The notes under the pieces: model-generated
What the model was told of the DNA's origin: nothing
Databases searched by the model: none
The model's input: only the letters and a program-made list of their open reading frames with translations
Made by a program: the position numbers and the translations under genes
In this document: one piece after another, positions 1-40,594 of the stretch
Position numbering within the stretch: position 1 is the stretch's first letter
Layout of the letters: every line of letters begins with the position of its first letter
Source of the DNA: Schmidtea polychroa
Lineage: Eukaryota
Reading direction: 5' to 3'
Assembly: GCA_044892525.1 (NCBI GenBank)
Contig: CM097885.1
Location: forward strand, 238,330,001-238,394,000
DNA: 64,000 nucleotides

Positions 1-203
1 AAAATATTAAGTAAAATATTTTCAAAGTAAAATTTATTTGAATTTTAATTGGATGGAATAAAATAAGATATTGTTCAATAAGATATTGCATATTGTTATT
101 TACTTAAAATTTTATTTAAAAATTCACCATTTGAAATTATTAATCCAGCCATTAATTATAAACAAGTTTAAATGATAGTTCTTGATTCAAAATATTTCTT
201 TAC

Positions 204-27416
<27,213 letters not shown>

Positions 27417-27989
27417 CTAAAGAAAATTAGTAAAAAATGACATCAAAGGAACATTAAATAAAATGTTAGGATATATGTGAAATTCGACATTAAAAACAGT
27501 TTGGGATATCCCAGATGTGAACCAGATAAATCCGTTTAATTAATCACTAAGGACATTCTGAAAGCATAATGAAATTTTTTAAAAGTTTTTCATAATTAAA
27601 TAATTTTTTTAATAAAATTTAGATAAATACTTATAGGATTTTATTAATTTTATATTCGAATTTATTAAATATAGCTATTTGAATAAAGCCGTTTGATAAT
27701 AACTGTAGGATTGGAAAGTATGAGTATACCCAGTGGTGAGCTATAGGAGGCTCGTGCGGGCTTGCACGAGCCTTTTGTTAAATTATTCTATAATTTGCGA
27801 GCCCCTTGTACATTTTGGTAACTATTTAGTGAATTTTTATAGATGGCATATTTTTCTTTCTTTTATTCTATTGTATTGTTTGTTCTATTCCTTATTAATA
27901 TAATATTGCTGTGTTTTTGTGTAAAATAAACCATTTAATTAACATTATTTTGTTTTTTATATGTCAGTCGCAGTGACAAATTACTAGGC

Positions 27990-28699
27990 TACTAGTTCAT
28001 ACGATTCTCAAAGAAAAAAAAAGAGTAAGCCCCTTGTTAAAAATTTCATAGCTCACTTCTGAGTATACTAGTTGACTTCCAGTCGTTAAACTTCCGGGGT
28101 CGGAGAAAACCAGATGTTTCCATTCCTTACACATTTTATTAGATTCTTGATAATAATTATGAATCCAGATTTCATCCATTGTAACGTTGTCACTCTTATT
28201 TGCACTTGGTCAGCATTGAAATATCATTATGAAAGATATGAAATTGCATTCTTCGTAGATATTCAATATCTCTGGTATGCGTTTTATGCCGATTTTTCCA
28301 TTATTCAAAATCATTTCATAGAAAACTTTGAGGTTTTTTGTATTGACCATGCTTCGGTCTTCCAGATTTCTTCTTGTTTGTTACATCCAAACTGGAAACA
28401 GAATTTTAATGCTTGGGTAGTATAAAAATTGATCTCCTAATGTTGTTGAAATTTCATTGCCAGACAACCGTTTCCGAAAGAGATACTTGATGACATGATG
28501 AATACTCAATTTTGTTGAAGTCCCAAACTTCATCTGTTATGCTTTACCTTTCTTAATTAAAATTTAAAAATTGCATAAGCTTTTCTATTAAAACTTAGTC
28601 CACGCACTTGTCAATGTTAATATATGTTTCTAAAGCAACGCAATTTATTTTGGTCTACTAAAAGGTTTAAAGTAAATTAGTGTTCATTACCTCCTTGTA
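27990..28699 (-). mobile_element. mariner 5' relic
   Basis: MDEIWIHNYYQESNKMCKEWKH (TxDETWxHxYxPExKxQSxEW motif); TACAAGGAGG mariner-like end. Confidence 0.65.
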
Positions 28700-30647
28700 A
28701 ATACATATAAGTGCAACCTTACCATTGCGTTTCCTACAGCTAAATAATACCTTCGAGCGGAATATATGAAATGCGGGTCCAGTGCATCATACCTAGGTAT
28801 CGCCACATGAATCACTGTTGTTTTTAAATTAGAGCCATGAAAGTAATTTTGTTTAAAACTGAAGATTTTATTAAAGATAATTAATTATAAATTATTAAAT
28901 GTAAGCAGGGGTTTCTGTAAATTAAAAGAGCGTCGATGTTTTATTTTTTGAAGAGGTTAATATAAAATGGTTACCAAAAAATGCGCAAATGAGTTGATAA
29001 GAGAATATTTCTTTGGAATGGTTGATGCATCAAGAGGCTAAGTAACTCAAGGTTTTAAAAAACGACCAACGGGAAAAGGTAGAGTCTATTTTAAATATAT
29101 AATATATTAAGGATGATTAGATAGAGTGATAGTTGTAAATTTAGAACTTTGATCCAAAACTATTAACACACAAACATATAGCAATTATATGTACCCTTTA
29201 ATTAAAAATAAAAAAGCGTCCTTTGATATCAGATTAAATCGTAGACTTTATCAAAATTAAAAATATACATATTGTCAAGGCATTTTTAACTTGAGGACAT
29301 ATAAAAATCTTAATTATATATGAATATTCCTCCAATTTAAGTTTACATATCTAAATAGTCTTTTCAGATGACACTTTTATTGCTAGTAATTCTCGGCGGA
29401 TGAAAGCCAAAAATGAATAATATTGAAACAGCATATAAAATATGCATTTAAAACAAGAAATTAGCGAGGCAAATACGCAAAATTTTAAACAAAAATATAA
29501 AATAACTAAAATACGAAACCAATGTCATTTTAATTACTTCTTCATACCCTTTCATCCGAAAAACAGTACGGCAAAATGCAAATTTATTAATTCTTTATTT
29601 GACTCTATTTTTAATTAGTTCCAAAAATAAAAAAAGGAAAATATTTTATAATAAAAATCAAATACCTTTTCGAGAAACTTTGGCGAAATTGTTGATAACG
29701 AAAAGATATAACAACAGAAGAGAAGTGAACATAATTTCAAATTTCTGCATAAATAATTTTATTCAAATATTAGTCAAAGATAAAAGTTTGATTGGTTAAT
29801 TATCAAATTTAAAGATGTTCTTATTTTATTGTTTTAATCAATGATTGAGAGTTAATTCATTTGATAATTATTTTATTTTATATATTAAAAGTATTTATTT
29901 ATTTATTTAATTCATTTGATAATTATTTTATTTTATATATTTAAAGGATTTATTTTAAATTCTTTCATTATTATTTGAATTTAAAATTTTGTTTATTTTA
30001 TTATAATAATATTTATGCTGTAGATTTTTGTAAGAAAAACTTATTTTAGTAAATTTTTATTTTCTTTATTTAAATATTGAATCAAAAAGAATATCTACTT
30101 ATTAAATTCAAATCTTATGATATAAATTTTGTAAGAAAAAATTACTAAAGATAGGAAGCAGTACTATTTAAATTTAATGTAAAGTTTTAATTTATTGAAA
30201 AGTAATGAATAAGGGAATTCTTCCTAAGTTTTAGGTTTAGTGTTTCAAGTCAATAATGATTATTTGTCAGGAAAATGTTTTCATTATCTTTATTAACTCT
30301 TTGTGGTCCGATGTCGAGTCTAATTCGACATTCCAATAATTACTCATTTGAAGTTTCATATTTCGTTGTATGTATTTTTTTGCATTTCGTGTTAAGAACA
30401 AATATATGTGTAAAATGTAGATTATTTATGTTGGGTTTTGACCAGTTTAGTTCAAGAAAATTATATATACAAAAAATCATTAAAACAATTTTGGACCTGG
30501 TGGGTAATTTTTTGTTAAGGGCCGCAATAGGTAAAACCATCTTTGAAAAAAAATCTTTCTCTATCGCCTTTTTTACTGTTCAGGCTTTACCAATCTTATG
30601 AACTTTTTTTTCTTTATTTCATTCTTCCGGTTATTATAAATAAATAA

Positions 30648-30848
<201 letters not shown>

Positions 30849-30989
30849 CGATCTGGACTTCATTGTGCAGTTTCACCCAGATGTATTTGATCTTTTGGTT
30901 CATTTGACTATGCTTTTTTTCTGGCAGAGGTTTTTCATTGAGGAACTTCAAGCCAGATGTATTTGATTTGATCTAAGCTGTTTCTGTGA

Positions 30990-31980
30990 TAGGTATTCTG
31001 ATTCTGAGACTATGATTGGTTATGATAGAAAGGTGAAGAAGTAATGGGATGAGTAAGGATTAAGGAGTAAATGCTAAGGAGGGTAAGGAGTATTCGGAAA
31101 GGATTGATAGGAGGGGTGAGGAGTAAAAGCAGAAGTAGGATTGATAGGAGGGTAAAGATTAATAGGTGTAAATATGGTAGTAATATGAAGAAAAGGTAGT
31201 AGAAGTAAAATGAGGTAGTAGTATGAAGGATATGAAGTCTTGTGAGGGGTGGGACAGTATGCAAAGTAAGGGTAGTATGAAGGAGTACAATGAGATATTA
31301 AGGATTATAATATACAGGAATATCAGATATTATGCCTTATTAAATCAAATGCAATTAAACTGGTATTACATATCAATACGCATGCTTACACAATACAAAC
31401 AGACAAGAAAAACTAAAGACTCCAGATATTGAAATCCGATTTGTGTTACCAGGGAAGGAAATCCATTCATATCTGACGGTCGATGGGGCAGACTGGGAGT
31501 ATTGTTAAGAGATTCTGGTTTTAAAAGTAAATATCTATTTATTGAGACTATGAATGGCTATTTAAGGCTGAATAATAGAAAGGATAAGCAATAGGAAGGG
31601 TAATAGGAGGTGTATTAGTAATATGAAGAGTAAGGAGTAGTAGAAGTAAAATGAAGTATTAATTTGAAGGGTAAAGGTAAAGAGTACAATGCAAGGTAAG
31701 GAGAAGTATGAAGGAGTAGTTCGAAAAGTTACATAGCATAATATACGGGAGTATCATATACTCATGCTCTATTAGGTCAAATGCAATCAATAGGGTACCA
31801 CGCATCCATACAAAAACATACACATTATTATACAATACAAAACAGATAAGAAATAAACATAAGACGAAAGACTATGGATACAAAGATTCGGTTGTGCGAT
31901 ATCCGAGGAAGGGAGCCATTCACATCTGGCTGTCGGTAGGGTAGGCTGGGTATGTTCGTAGAAATTCTGATTAAAACGTA
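30990..31980. repeat. Diverged tandem duplication, two units of about 450-550 bp, purine-rich plus strand
   Basis: Paired motifs GAGACTATGA, GTAGTAGAAGTAAAATGA, GTATGAAGGAGTA, TCAAATGCAAT, CCATTCA(T/C)ATCTG. Confidence 0.7.
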
Positions 31981-32089
31981 GCTATCCGGATGTTTGACCC
32001 TGATTGCAGACTGGTATGCTGACTGTTCCGATATTCACATTACCTATGTGCTACTTCTATGTGATCCATTGTATTGCCCCACTTTTTTA

Positions 32090-33064
32090 TCTACAATACA
32101 ATGTCTGCACTGACAATTTCTTTACAAGTCTCTCACTAGCTGAACATCTCCTTGTAAATCGAACAACATTGGTTGGTACTGTAAGATTAAATTCACGCTT
32201 TTTATCATCAGCTCACTTGGAGAAAAAGCCTCTTTTTGAATCGACTCATTTATCGTGTCAAAACACTGTCACTGTTTCCTATCAAGGCAAATCGGACAAG
32301 AAAGTCATTGTCATGTCAACATTCCATTCTACTGCTAGTGTGAGATCTGACGAAAAGAGAAAGCCTGAAATGATACACTTTTATAACAAAAATAAGACAG
32401 CTGTAGATACCATGGATAGCATGTTGCGTTTATACAGCAGTAAAGCCGCAACAGCAAGATGGCCAGTCGCTACTTTCTATGATTTGCTTGATAAAGCAGC
32501 TCTCAACGCTCATGTTATTTTCAAAGATGCTACGGGATCAACTATAAAAAGAAGGGATTTTATTTTTGAATTAGCTACATCTCTTTGTGAGGAGTTCAAA
32601 AGCCGTCGAACAGCAAGTCCCATCTCTGGTGAACTCTGTTCTGAACAACCAAAATTAAAGAAGCGAAAAACTTGTTCTGCTCCTCATTGTGATAACAAAT
32701 CCGGAGCTATATGCCATGTATGTAGTAAAGTTTACTGTGGAAAACATTCCCAAATGACTGTTAAATGCTTCGGTTGTGTGTAAATTATATTTGGTTTTAT
32801 ATTTTCTAGTATGTAAGATGATTATGTGTGACTTTCTTGTGTGTTTCAAGATACCGGTCAAATTGACCGGTTCGGCCTTCCATGGGGATGGCCTCATTAT
32901 CTCAGTCGTGACAAATGCTATAATTGAAGCTTTGATATGCACAACAAGTTCACTAAAAATGAATAATTGTCACAAAATATGAGACGTTAATTCCTTTTCG
33001 TTTTCTCACAAAATAAAAATGAAATTGCTTAACGGTCAAAATGACCGCTCTGGCCGTCCTAGTG
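32090..33064 (+). mobile_element. 5'-truncated piggyBac (PGBD4-like) element; transposase C-terminal half open to 32783
   Basis: TDNFFTS, LVGTVR.N, KPEMIHFYNKNK.AVD.MD, RWP, C-terminal Cys/His domain; subterminal CGGTCAAA(T/A)TGACCG palindromes; ends GTG-TTAA. Confidence 0.88.
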
Positions 33065-33197
33065 TTAAAGGAAAGGCACGCTTGGTGCTTTGAACATTGC
33101 ATTTTATGAGATTATAATGATAATAATAATAGTAAATAAAAAATAGTATTAAAATTATAATAGATTATTATAATAATAGTAATAAAATAGTAGTAAT

Positions 33198-33336
<139 letters not shown>

Positions 33337-33510
33337 TAAAGTGATGATTTCTTGGTAGCAGCATTTATTATTTAAAACAATAAAGTGATAATTTAAGCCT
33401 TTTGCTGCAAATAATGTATTTAATGAAATCTCCTGGAATTTAGCAATCTTCTTCCCTAAAATGCATTTCTATCTTTCTTTTATTTCCTTTTTCTTAATTC
33501 TCATTGGTTA

Positions 33511-36500
33511 TGTAAGAAGTTAGTAAACCCCTATTATTATGGTTAAATGGTAGAAGTGAGATCAATTAGTAGAAATAATTATTTCTGTTAAATTTTTATA
33601 TTTAAATTCTATATTAAATTATATCATATTATATTAAATTATATTAAATTAAATCAATTAAATATATGACCAGTAATTACATTAATATTAATAATTATTA
33701 CGCCTCGGTGTTTAAATACGCTAGTAAACGGCACAATTTTGAAGTTGTTATAAAAATAAATGCTTGAAGAAGATTTGAATTTGATTGCGTCTAACATGGC
33801 GACCACGACCACGGATTTATTGATAAGCAGACTATTACCTGATAAATTTCACAAAGGCATAATGATCTAGAAAATTTTATCAAGGATTGTCAAAGGTTTT
33901 TTGGCGCGACAAAAACAACAATTAGGATGCAAGTAATATTAACTACAACATTACTTGACAGATCGCTAATGGAAGATTATGAAGCAGCCGAAAGAAAAAC
34001 CATGGAAGAGAAACTTCGATATGCATTTTCGAAACCGACATCATTAATGGATGATCTAAAAGAAGCTTTGAGTTATGAACAAGGATCAGATGACAAAGAA
34101 ATTAATAGCGCACAAATGAGATGAAGAAGAAATAGAAAAATGCCTGCTTACAAACTGTGTAAGAGATCGAGAAGTTAAAAAAGAGATCGAGATGAAAGAT
34201 TTGAAAACATCAGAAGAAATAAAAGCGACAATAAAGAAATTAGAAAAGGTAAACAAAATTATGGGCCATATTAATGTTGTGAAGACTTCACTGGCTGTTC
34301 AAAACTACAGAAGTTACAGAGATGTTGCTCAAAGAGGAATGGTAAACGGAAATAATAATTTCAAGCAGCGAAACGTCAGTAACCGACAATTGGAATGCTG
34401 GACATGCAAGAAAACTGGTCATGTTAGTCGAGAATGCCAAATGAAAAAGAAAATGACGTGTTATGCATGCGGAGTTGAAGGCCACGTACGGCGAGAATGT
34501 TCAACGATTCAATGCCAGAGATGTCACTTACGTGGACACAAGGAGATTGACTGCTATACAAATTTGGAAAGAAGGAAGTTTCAAACTAATTCAAACATGA
34601 GAAACAATAATTATTATGCCCATCAAACCACAAGCTATAAAAAAAAGATCAACAATCCAGGAAGAACAATTGCAGCAATTGAAGCCACTTGAGTATTCAG
34701 ATGATGCAGAAGACAAATATGAGGATATTCAACACCCAAAATAAACATGCTTCGACACGGGAGACAATGATCGGAGCAATATACTAGGTAATTTTGATAT
34801 TGATGTAAATATTGGTCATAATAATTTTAATAATGTAAATAATCCTTATATATATAATGTAGAACCTTTATGTAATAAAATTTGTAATTTTAAAAAGTTT
34901 CCTTTAAATAATTTTAAATGTTATAGTTATTTTAATGATGATCGATCTTTAATAAATAATAATAATAATCCTGAGAATCAAGAAGAGTATAATGAAATTA
35001 AAGAGGCAGAATATAATAATAAAATAGTAAATGAAAAAGTTTATAAATTTATTAAAAAGGCAGAAGATAAATTAGAGAGAAAGGAAATTGGGTGGATTAA
35101 TGAAATATCAGAGGAGCAAAATATTTTCACTAAAGATGAATGGAAACGACCGATACTGAGTTATGACAAAATTCAAGGTAGACCGAGTACAACTCTTGAA
35201 ATTCAGGGCTATAGAATGGAATGCTTACTAGATAAAGGAGCAAGAGTAAATGTAATGGCAGAAGCAGTTGTGGACAAATTAGTGAATGTGAAAATCATAG
35301 AAACAGATGAGGTGTTAAGATGTGCAAATGATAGTAAATTAGAGACAATCGGAAAAATAAATATTGATGTTAGAATTGGTAATATGGAAAGGAAAATAAC
35401 ATTTATAATAGTTAAAAATATTGTTCCAGGTATAATAGGCGGAGTGGAATTGCAGAAAGAGTTTGGAATTGAATTAAACTACATCAAGCAAAATGAATTA
35501 GGATATAATGAATTTGTGTGTGAAATAGAAGCTAGATTTGGGGAAAAGATTACAGATAACGAGTGATGTAAAAAAGCAATAGAAATTCTAAGATTAAACG
35601 AAAATAAAAGACTGTTAGAGATTGTTAAAAACAATAAAAGTGTTTTATAGCTAATAACTGGGATATCGGATGTACTGATTTAATTGCACATAAAATCATC
35701 ACAAAAGAAAAGCCAATTATGATAAAACCCAGGAGACAACCCATCAATTTAGAGGAGAAAATAAATGCTGCTATAAAAAATTTAGAAAATAATGATATCA
35801 TGAGAAGATGTAATTCACCTTGGAATACGCCGTTAGTATGCGTGTGGAAAAAAGACAAAAAAGATATCAGACTTTGTTTAGATTTTAGACAGCTTAATAA
35901 TATTACTGAAAGACAAGCTTTTCCTATGCCGAATGTAGAAGAAATTCTAGATACATTACATGGATCTAAGTACTTTAGTTCTATAGACCTTGGGAACGCT
36001 TATTATCAAGTGAAATTGGACATAGAATCGCAAGAAAAGACAGCATTTTCTACTAAAGAAGGGCAATTTTGTTTTAATAAAAAACAAATCAGGGCGATTA
36101 AAAACTAGATTGTTAACATTGATGACCGAAAATAATGGAAATGAATGGCAAAGAGATAATGCAGAAATACAAGAAATAGAAGATCAAATAAATGACAAGA
36201 AAAATATTAATAAATATATGTTAAAAGGAAATATTATCTATACCAATCAAAACAAAATATGGATACCAGAAACAAAAAGACGAGAAATGATTAAGGAAAG
36301 ACATTTATTATTATGCCACGCAGGAGTAGAAAAAGTTATGAAATATATTAGGAACAATTTTGATATGGAAGATTTGCTAAATGAAGTAAAAGAGACTATT
36401 TCAATATGTGAAGCATGTCAGAAAAACAAAGTTTTAACTGCAAAGTCAAAAGAAAAAACCCAAGTAATTCAAGCTTCAGAACCTATGGAGAAAAGATACA

Positions 36501-37513
36501 TGGATATTTGCGGTCCATTAAGAGAAACCTTCAGAGTAGAAAAATATATTTGTGCAATAATCGATCATTACAGTAAATACATATCTCTAACTCCTATTAG
36601 AAAGCAAGATGAAAATACAATAAAGGCAGTTTTGTTAAATAATTGGATATTGAAATTTGGAGCCCCTAAGAAACTACATGTTGATTGTGGAAAGAATTTC
36701 GAAGCAAATAGTATTAAAGAACTAGCAAAGGCAGCAGGAATTAAGTTGATATTTTCGAGTCCGTATCATCATAATACTAATGGTGTAATTGAAAGACAAT
36801 TTCGTACTATAAGAGACTATATTAACGCGTCACTCAGAGAAGGAGTTAAAAAAAGCTGGGCAGAATTAATAGCTGATATAGAATACGTTTTAAATGCGAC
36901 AGCTCAAAAAACTACTGGAGTGAGTCCAGCAGAAATTATATTTGGAAGAAAGATTAATAGATCGCAATGGCATAGTAATAATGTAGTGGATAGAAATGAA
37001 ATCATGCGGAAATTAGAGGCTAAAAGACAGCAAGCGAAAGAAATTGGCACAACTAGGAACTTAGAAGTCGGGGACAAAGTATTGGTGAAACAAGAAATTA
37101 GAAACAAAGATCACGAGAGATATGAAGGACCATATACAGTAATTAAACGAAATCATGAAAGAAGTTACTTATTAACAGACGAAAACGGGAGAAAAATAAC
37201 GAGGAATATAGAAAGGTTAAAGCCTTTTAAAGAAGGGGGATGTAAGGAGTTAGTAAACCCCTATATAAGATTATTATGGTTAAATGGTAGAAGTGAGATC
37301 AGTTAGTAGAAATAATTATTTCTGTTAAATTTTTATATTTAAATTCTATATTAAATTATATTAAATTAAATCAATTAAATATATGACCAGTAATTACATT
37401 AATATTAATAATTATCACGTCTCGGTGTTTAAATACGCTAGTAAACGGCACAATTTTGAAGTTGTTATAAAACTAAATGCTTGAAGAAGATTTGAATTTA
37501 ATTGCGTCTAACA
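33511..37513 (+). mobile_element. Ty3/gypsy LTR retrotransposon, defective (LTRs 33511-33796 and 37241-37513)
   Basis: TG...CA LTRs, 5-bp TSD GGTTA, PBS TGGCGACC, PPT AAAGAAGGGGGA; gag with three CCHC knuckles, protease (LLDKGA), RT N-half (SPWNTP, RLCLDFRQLN, IDLGNAYYQ, KTAF), integrase (HHCC, D-D-E, GPY). Confidence 0.95.
36110..37306 (+). CDS. gypsy integrase domain ORF (transposon-encoded)
   Basis: H..H..CEACQ, MDICGP, IDHYSKY, VDCGKNF, PYHHNTNGVIER, YEGPY. Confidence 0.85.
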   Translation: MLTLMTENNGNEWQRDNAEIQEIEDQINDKKNINKYMLKGNIIYTNQNKIWIPETKRREMIKERHLLLCHAGVEKVMKYIRNNFDMEDLLNEVKETISICEACQKNKVLTAKSKEKTQVIQASEPMEKRYMDICGPLRETFRVEKYICAIIDHYSKYISLTPIRKQDENTIKAVLLNNWILKFGAPKKLHVDCGKNFEANSIKELAKAAGIKLIFSSPYHHNTNGVIERQFRTIRDYINASLREGVKKSWAELIADIEYVLNATAQKTTGVSPAEIIFGRKINRSQWHSNNVVDRNEIMRKLEAKRQQAKEIGTTRNLEVGDKVLVKQEIRNKDHERYEGPYTVIKRNHERSYLLTDENGRKITRNIERLKPFKEGGCKELVNPYIRLLWLNGRSEIS

Positions 37514-37689
37514 GGTTATAAATATAATATAATAAAATGATCTGAATTTTTTTTCTGAATTTTTTAAAAATTTTATTTAAACTTAAAACTAAAATTAAAA
37601 TAAAATAAATATCATTTAAAATTCAAAATGACACAAACTAAAATTTTTTAAATTTTTTAAAGCTTTTATAATTAGCTTCTAGAAGCCTA

Positions 37690-38006
37690 ATGATGATTTT
37701 TCTAAAGCACATATCTTTCGGTGTCTGGCAGTTTTTCATTTTGCGATTGTTTTCTTTATCTGTGTTTTTTGCCAGAGCTTTTCTCAATGCCCAAGATTTA
37801 TGTGCTATCCGAATTGGAAGACCGGTACGTTTAAGTTGTTTTAGGATCTTGAAGTCGAGTATGTCACTGATGAATGGGATATTAAGATAAAAATATTTCT
37901 TCTTTTGTGTTAGTTCCCTAGATCTTTTGGGGGTAGAATTTATTCTTTCAATGTCCACATCTTGGTATCCGTTTCTGTGTAGGATTTTATTGAAATTTGA
38001 TTGTTG
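37690..38006 (-). mobile_element. Penelope-like element, 3' piece (thumb/linker, truncated before GIY-YIG)
   Basis: FNKILHRNGY...YLNIPFISD...LPIRIAHK...CQTPKDMCFRK; joins in frame to 44297-44870 once the LTR-like insert is removed. Confidence 0.75.
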
Positions 38007-39036
38007 TGGTGGGTTACTGATGATCAAATATTTTGCTCTTTAGTGCTGTTAACCCAAGATACAACATTGTTTACCGCTTGATACCCGTTGAATGATCAAC
38101 GTTGGTACTGTATCAAGAGGGTGAGTGCTTGCAAAAAGTGAGCGCACTACTTGCACTGTAATTGTCGAGCACTCTACTGGGTTCACGGACTATCGTTAGA
38201 AGATATATGTCCGATTTACGCAGGTCCCTTATTATAATTACTTTCTCAACTATGCCTATACAAACTTTCTATCCTCAAACGATCATAAGTCATCAGGAAT
38301 CATACATTAATCTATTAAAACCTGTTCATACAATACCACATCTAAAATGTTTGAATATAAATTAAGTGAAACATAGCCATAGTTTATTAAACATACCTTA
38401 AGAAATTTTTGAGGATAATGAATTTAATTAGGACACAATCAAAAAAAAACAACTTATATGTTGGTGAACATACAAATAAGGGTCAGAAATTTCACCAACC
38501 ACAACAACAAAATATAATAACTTTACAAGAACCATGATTGTTTATGACCGCGTATTATTTGACTAAGCGTATTTCGCGGTGACTATGACTGTCCTAGTTG
38601 ACCTACAATGACACTCCCCTTTGTTGAGCCCGGGTAGTTATAGAGAGATGGTTAGATCAACAATCAAAATCTCACAATACATTTTTGTTAATATTATATT
38701 TTTAATTCAAGTTAAATAAATTCAAAATACATCAATAACTGTTACAAAACAATTCCCTATATAATTTTAAGAGATACTTCTAGAAAATTCAAATTGACTC
38801 AAACTTTATTTATTTTTAAAAATTTGTTTTCTATTAATAATAGATTTTTTTTTCTAGAATTTTAAGAAAATTTTAATTCAAAATTTATAATAATATTAAA
38901 TTAATTTTACAATACTCGTTACTTACATTTTAAACAAAACTTATACGTCAGTTTGAAGTATTTTAAACTTGTTTTAACTAATTATTTTTTTAACAAACCA
39001 TTTTTTTTATATATTATTAATTAGTAATATTTTGCA

Positions 39037-39703
39037 ATGAAAATTTTATCAGTTTTTTTTTCTAATCATTGTTTACTATGTAATGTCAGCTACAGTTAAT
39101 GAAAATAATTGCGAAGGTATTTGGCACTTATTTTTATTATATTTAAAAATTGTTCAGTTTGTGTTAAGTTTGTGAGACGCCTGAAAGATAGTCTAGATGG
39201 AGATGAAAGTACAAATATCGAAAATATTGAAAATAAATTCAAAAAGATGAGCAAAACAAGTAAAGGAAAAGAATAAAGTCTGGTAAGGTATTATAACTGA
39301 TTACTATAAAATTGTAATTTATTTTTAGTGTTATTATATTGGAGGACTGGCAACATCCACCGTATATATTGTAAAACATTTGTCTCAGCCTTTGAGTTGG
39401 GTTATGCCCGCTGAAAAAGTCTGAAAAACTAAAAGCAATGGATTCACAAATTTGTGAATTAAAATATGGTATGTTCAGTTAAGATTTTAAATATTAATTC
39501 AACTATTTTTCAGACAAACCCATTGATCCCACTGGTATCAATCCAAACAAAGCTCGCGCCAAAGATCTCAAAAAAATTTTAGAAAGCTGGGGTGAAGAAT
39601 GTAAAGGTTGTACAGAAAAAACCGACTCTATCCGACTAATAAACGAAAAATGCCCATTTATGATCTTAAAGCAGCCAAGCAAAGAAATAAAGCCGATTTG
39701 TAG
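39037..39703 (+). pseudogene. MANF: Intron-retaining MANF/ARMET (MANF/CDNF family) pseudogene, 4 exons
   Basis: Signal peptide, CE|VCVKF, |CYYIGG, PLSW.MPAEKV, DSQICELKY|DKPID, KDLKKIL.SWGEECKGCTEK, C-terminal KADL-stop; three short GT-AG introns; an in-frame TAA and three apparent frameshifts. Confidence 0.9.
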
Positions 39704-40409
39704 TTGGAGTTTTTCCTTTTTGAGTTTTTATTCAGGATGTTGTAATTAAATAAAATATTAAAATTCTTTTTGATCGAATATATTTGTGAGAAATAATTTG
39801 GAATTATTTAATTGTGGAAATCTAAAAGAAATTCTGAAAGATATTTTAATATAAGTTTTCCATTTTCCAACCCCAGGAAATGTATTTCATCGGGATGGTC
39901 CATCAACTGAGCTCGAAGGACTTTTTGGTATGAATATGATTCAAAGAGACAATGATGTAAATAAATTTGGTAATTGAACTTAATAAATTTAGTTTACCAT
40001 TGGGTTTTGTCTTTTGATTTGATTTGAACGTAATTTTGTCCATAATTTTTATAAATTATTCTATCTTTATTACTTTAAAGGGGTTGTGGAAATTATTCCA
40101 CATGGGTCTTGAGGGGAAGATTATGGTATTTGTTATTTTCTAAATCTATATATACATACACACATCCACATATATATACGTATACACATACACCCACACA
40201 TATATACATATATGGATATAATTTAAATTAATAATATTGATGTCGTTTTCCGGGGGGGGGGGGTGTTACTAAAAATAGATTTTAGTGATTTTCCGTAATT
40301 TTATTGGAAAATAGGGCCATTGAAACTAAATTTAGAGATAGGGGAATCCCAAAATCAATAATTTGTTTTATAATTTTATTTTTATGAAATAAAGATAATT
40401 ATTTTAATA

Positions 40410-40440
<31 letters not shown>

Positions 40441-40484
40441 AGTAATAATAATAGTAAGAGTGATAATGTTACTGGTAACAATGC

Positions 40485-40548
<64 letters not shown>

Positions 40549-40594
40549 GATAATAATAATAATAATAAATGTAAATTTATATTTTTATAAGATT

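Noticed and set aside
27436..27490. Hydrophobic MSNFTYILTFYLMFL as the Ig gene signal peptide
   Set aside because: Ends in TGA and no workable donor links it to the 27416 exon
39037..39703. MANF as a functional gene
   Set aside because: In-frame TAA, frameshifts including a non-homopolymer one, and loss of a conserved Cys; called a pseudogene
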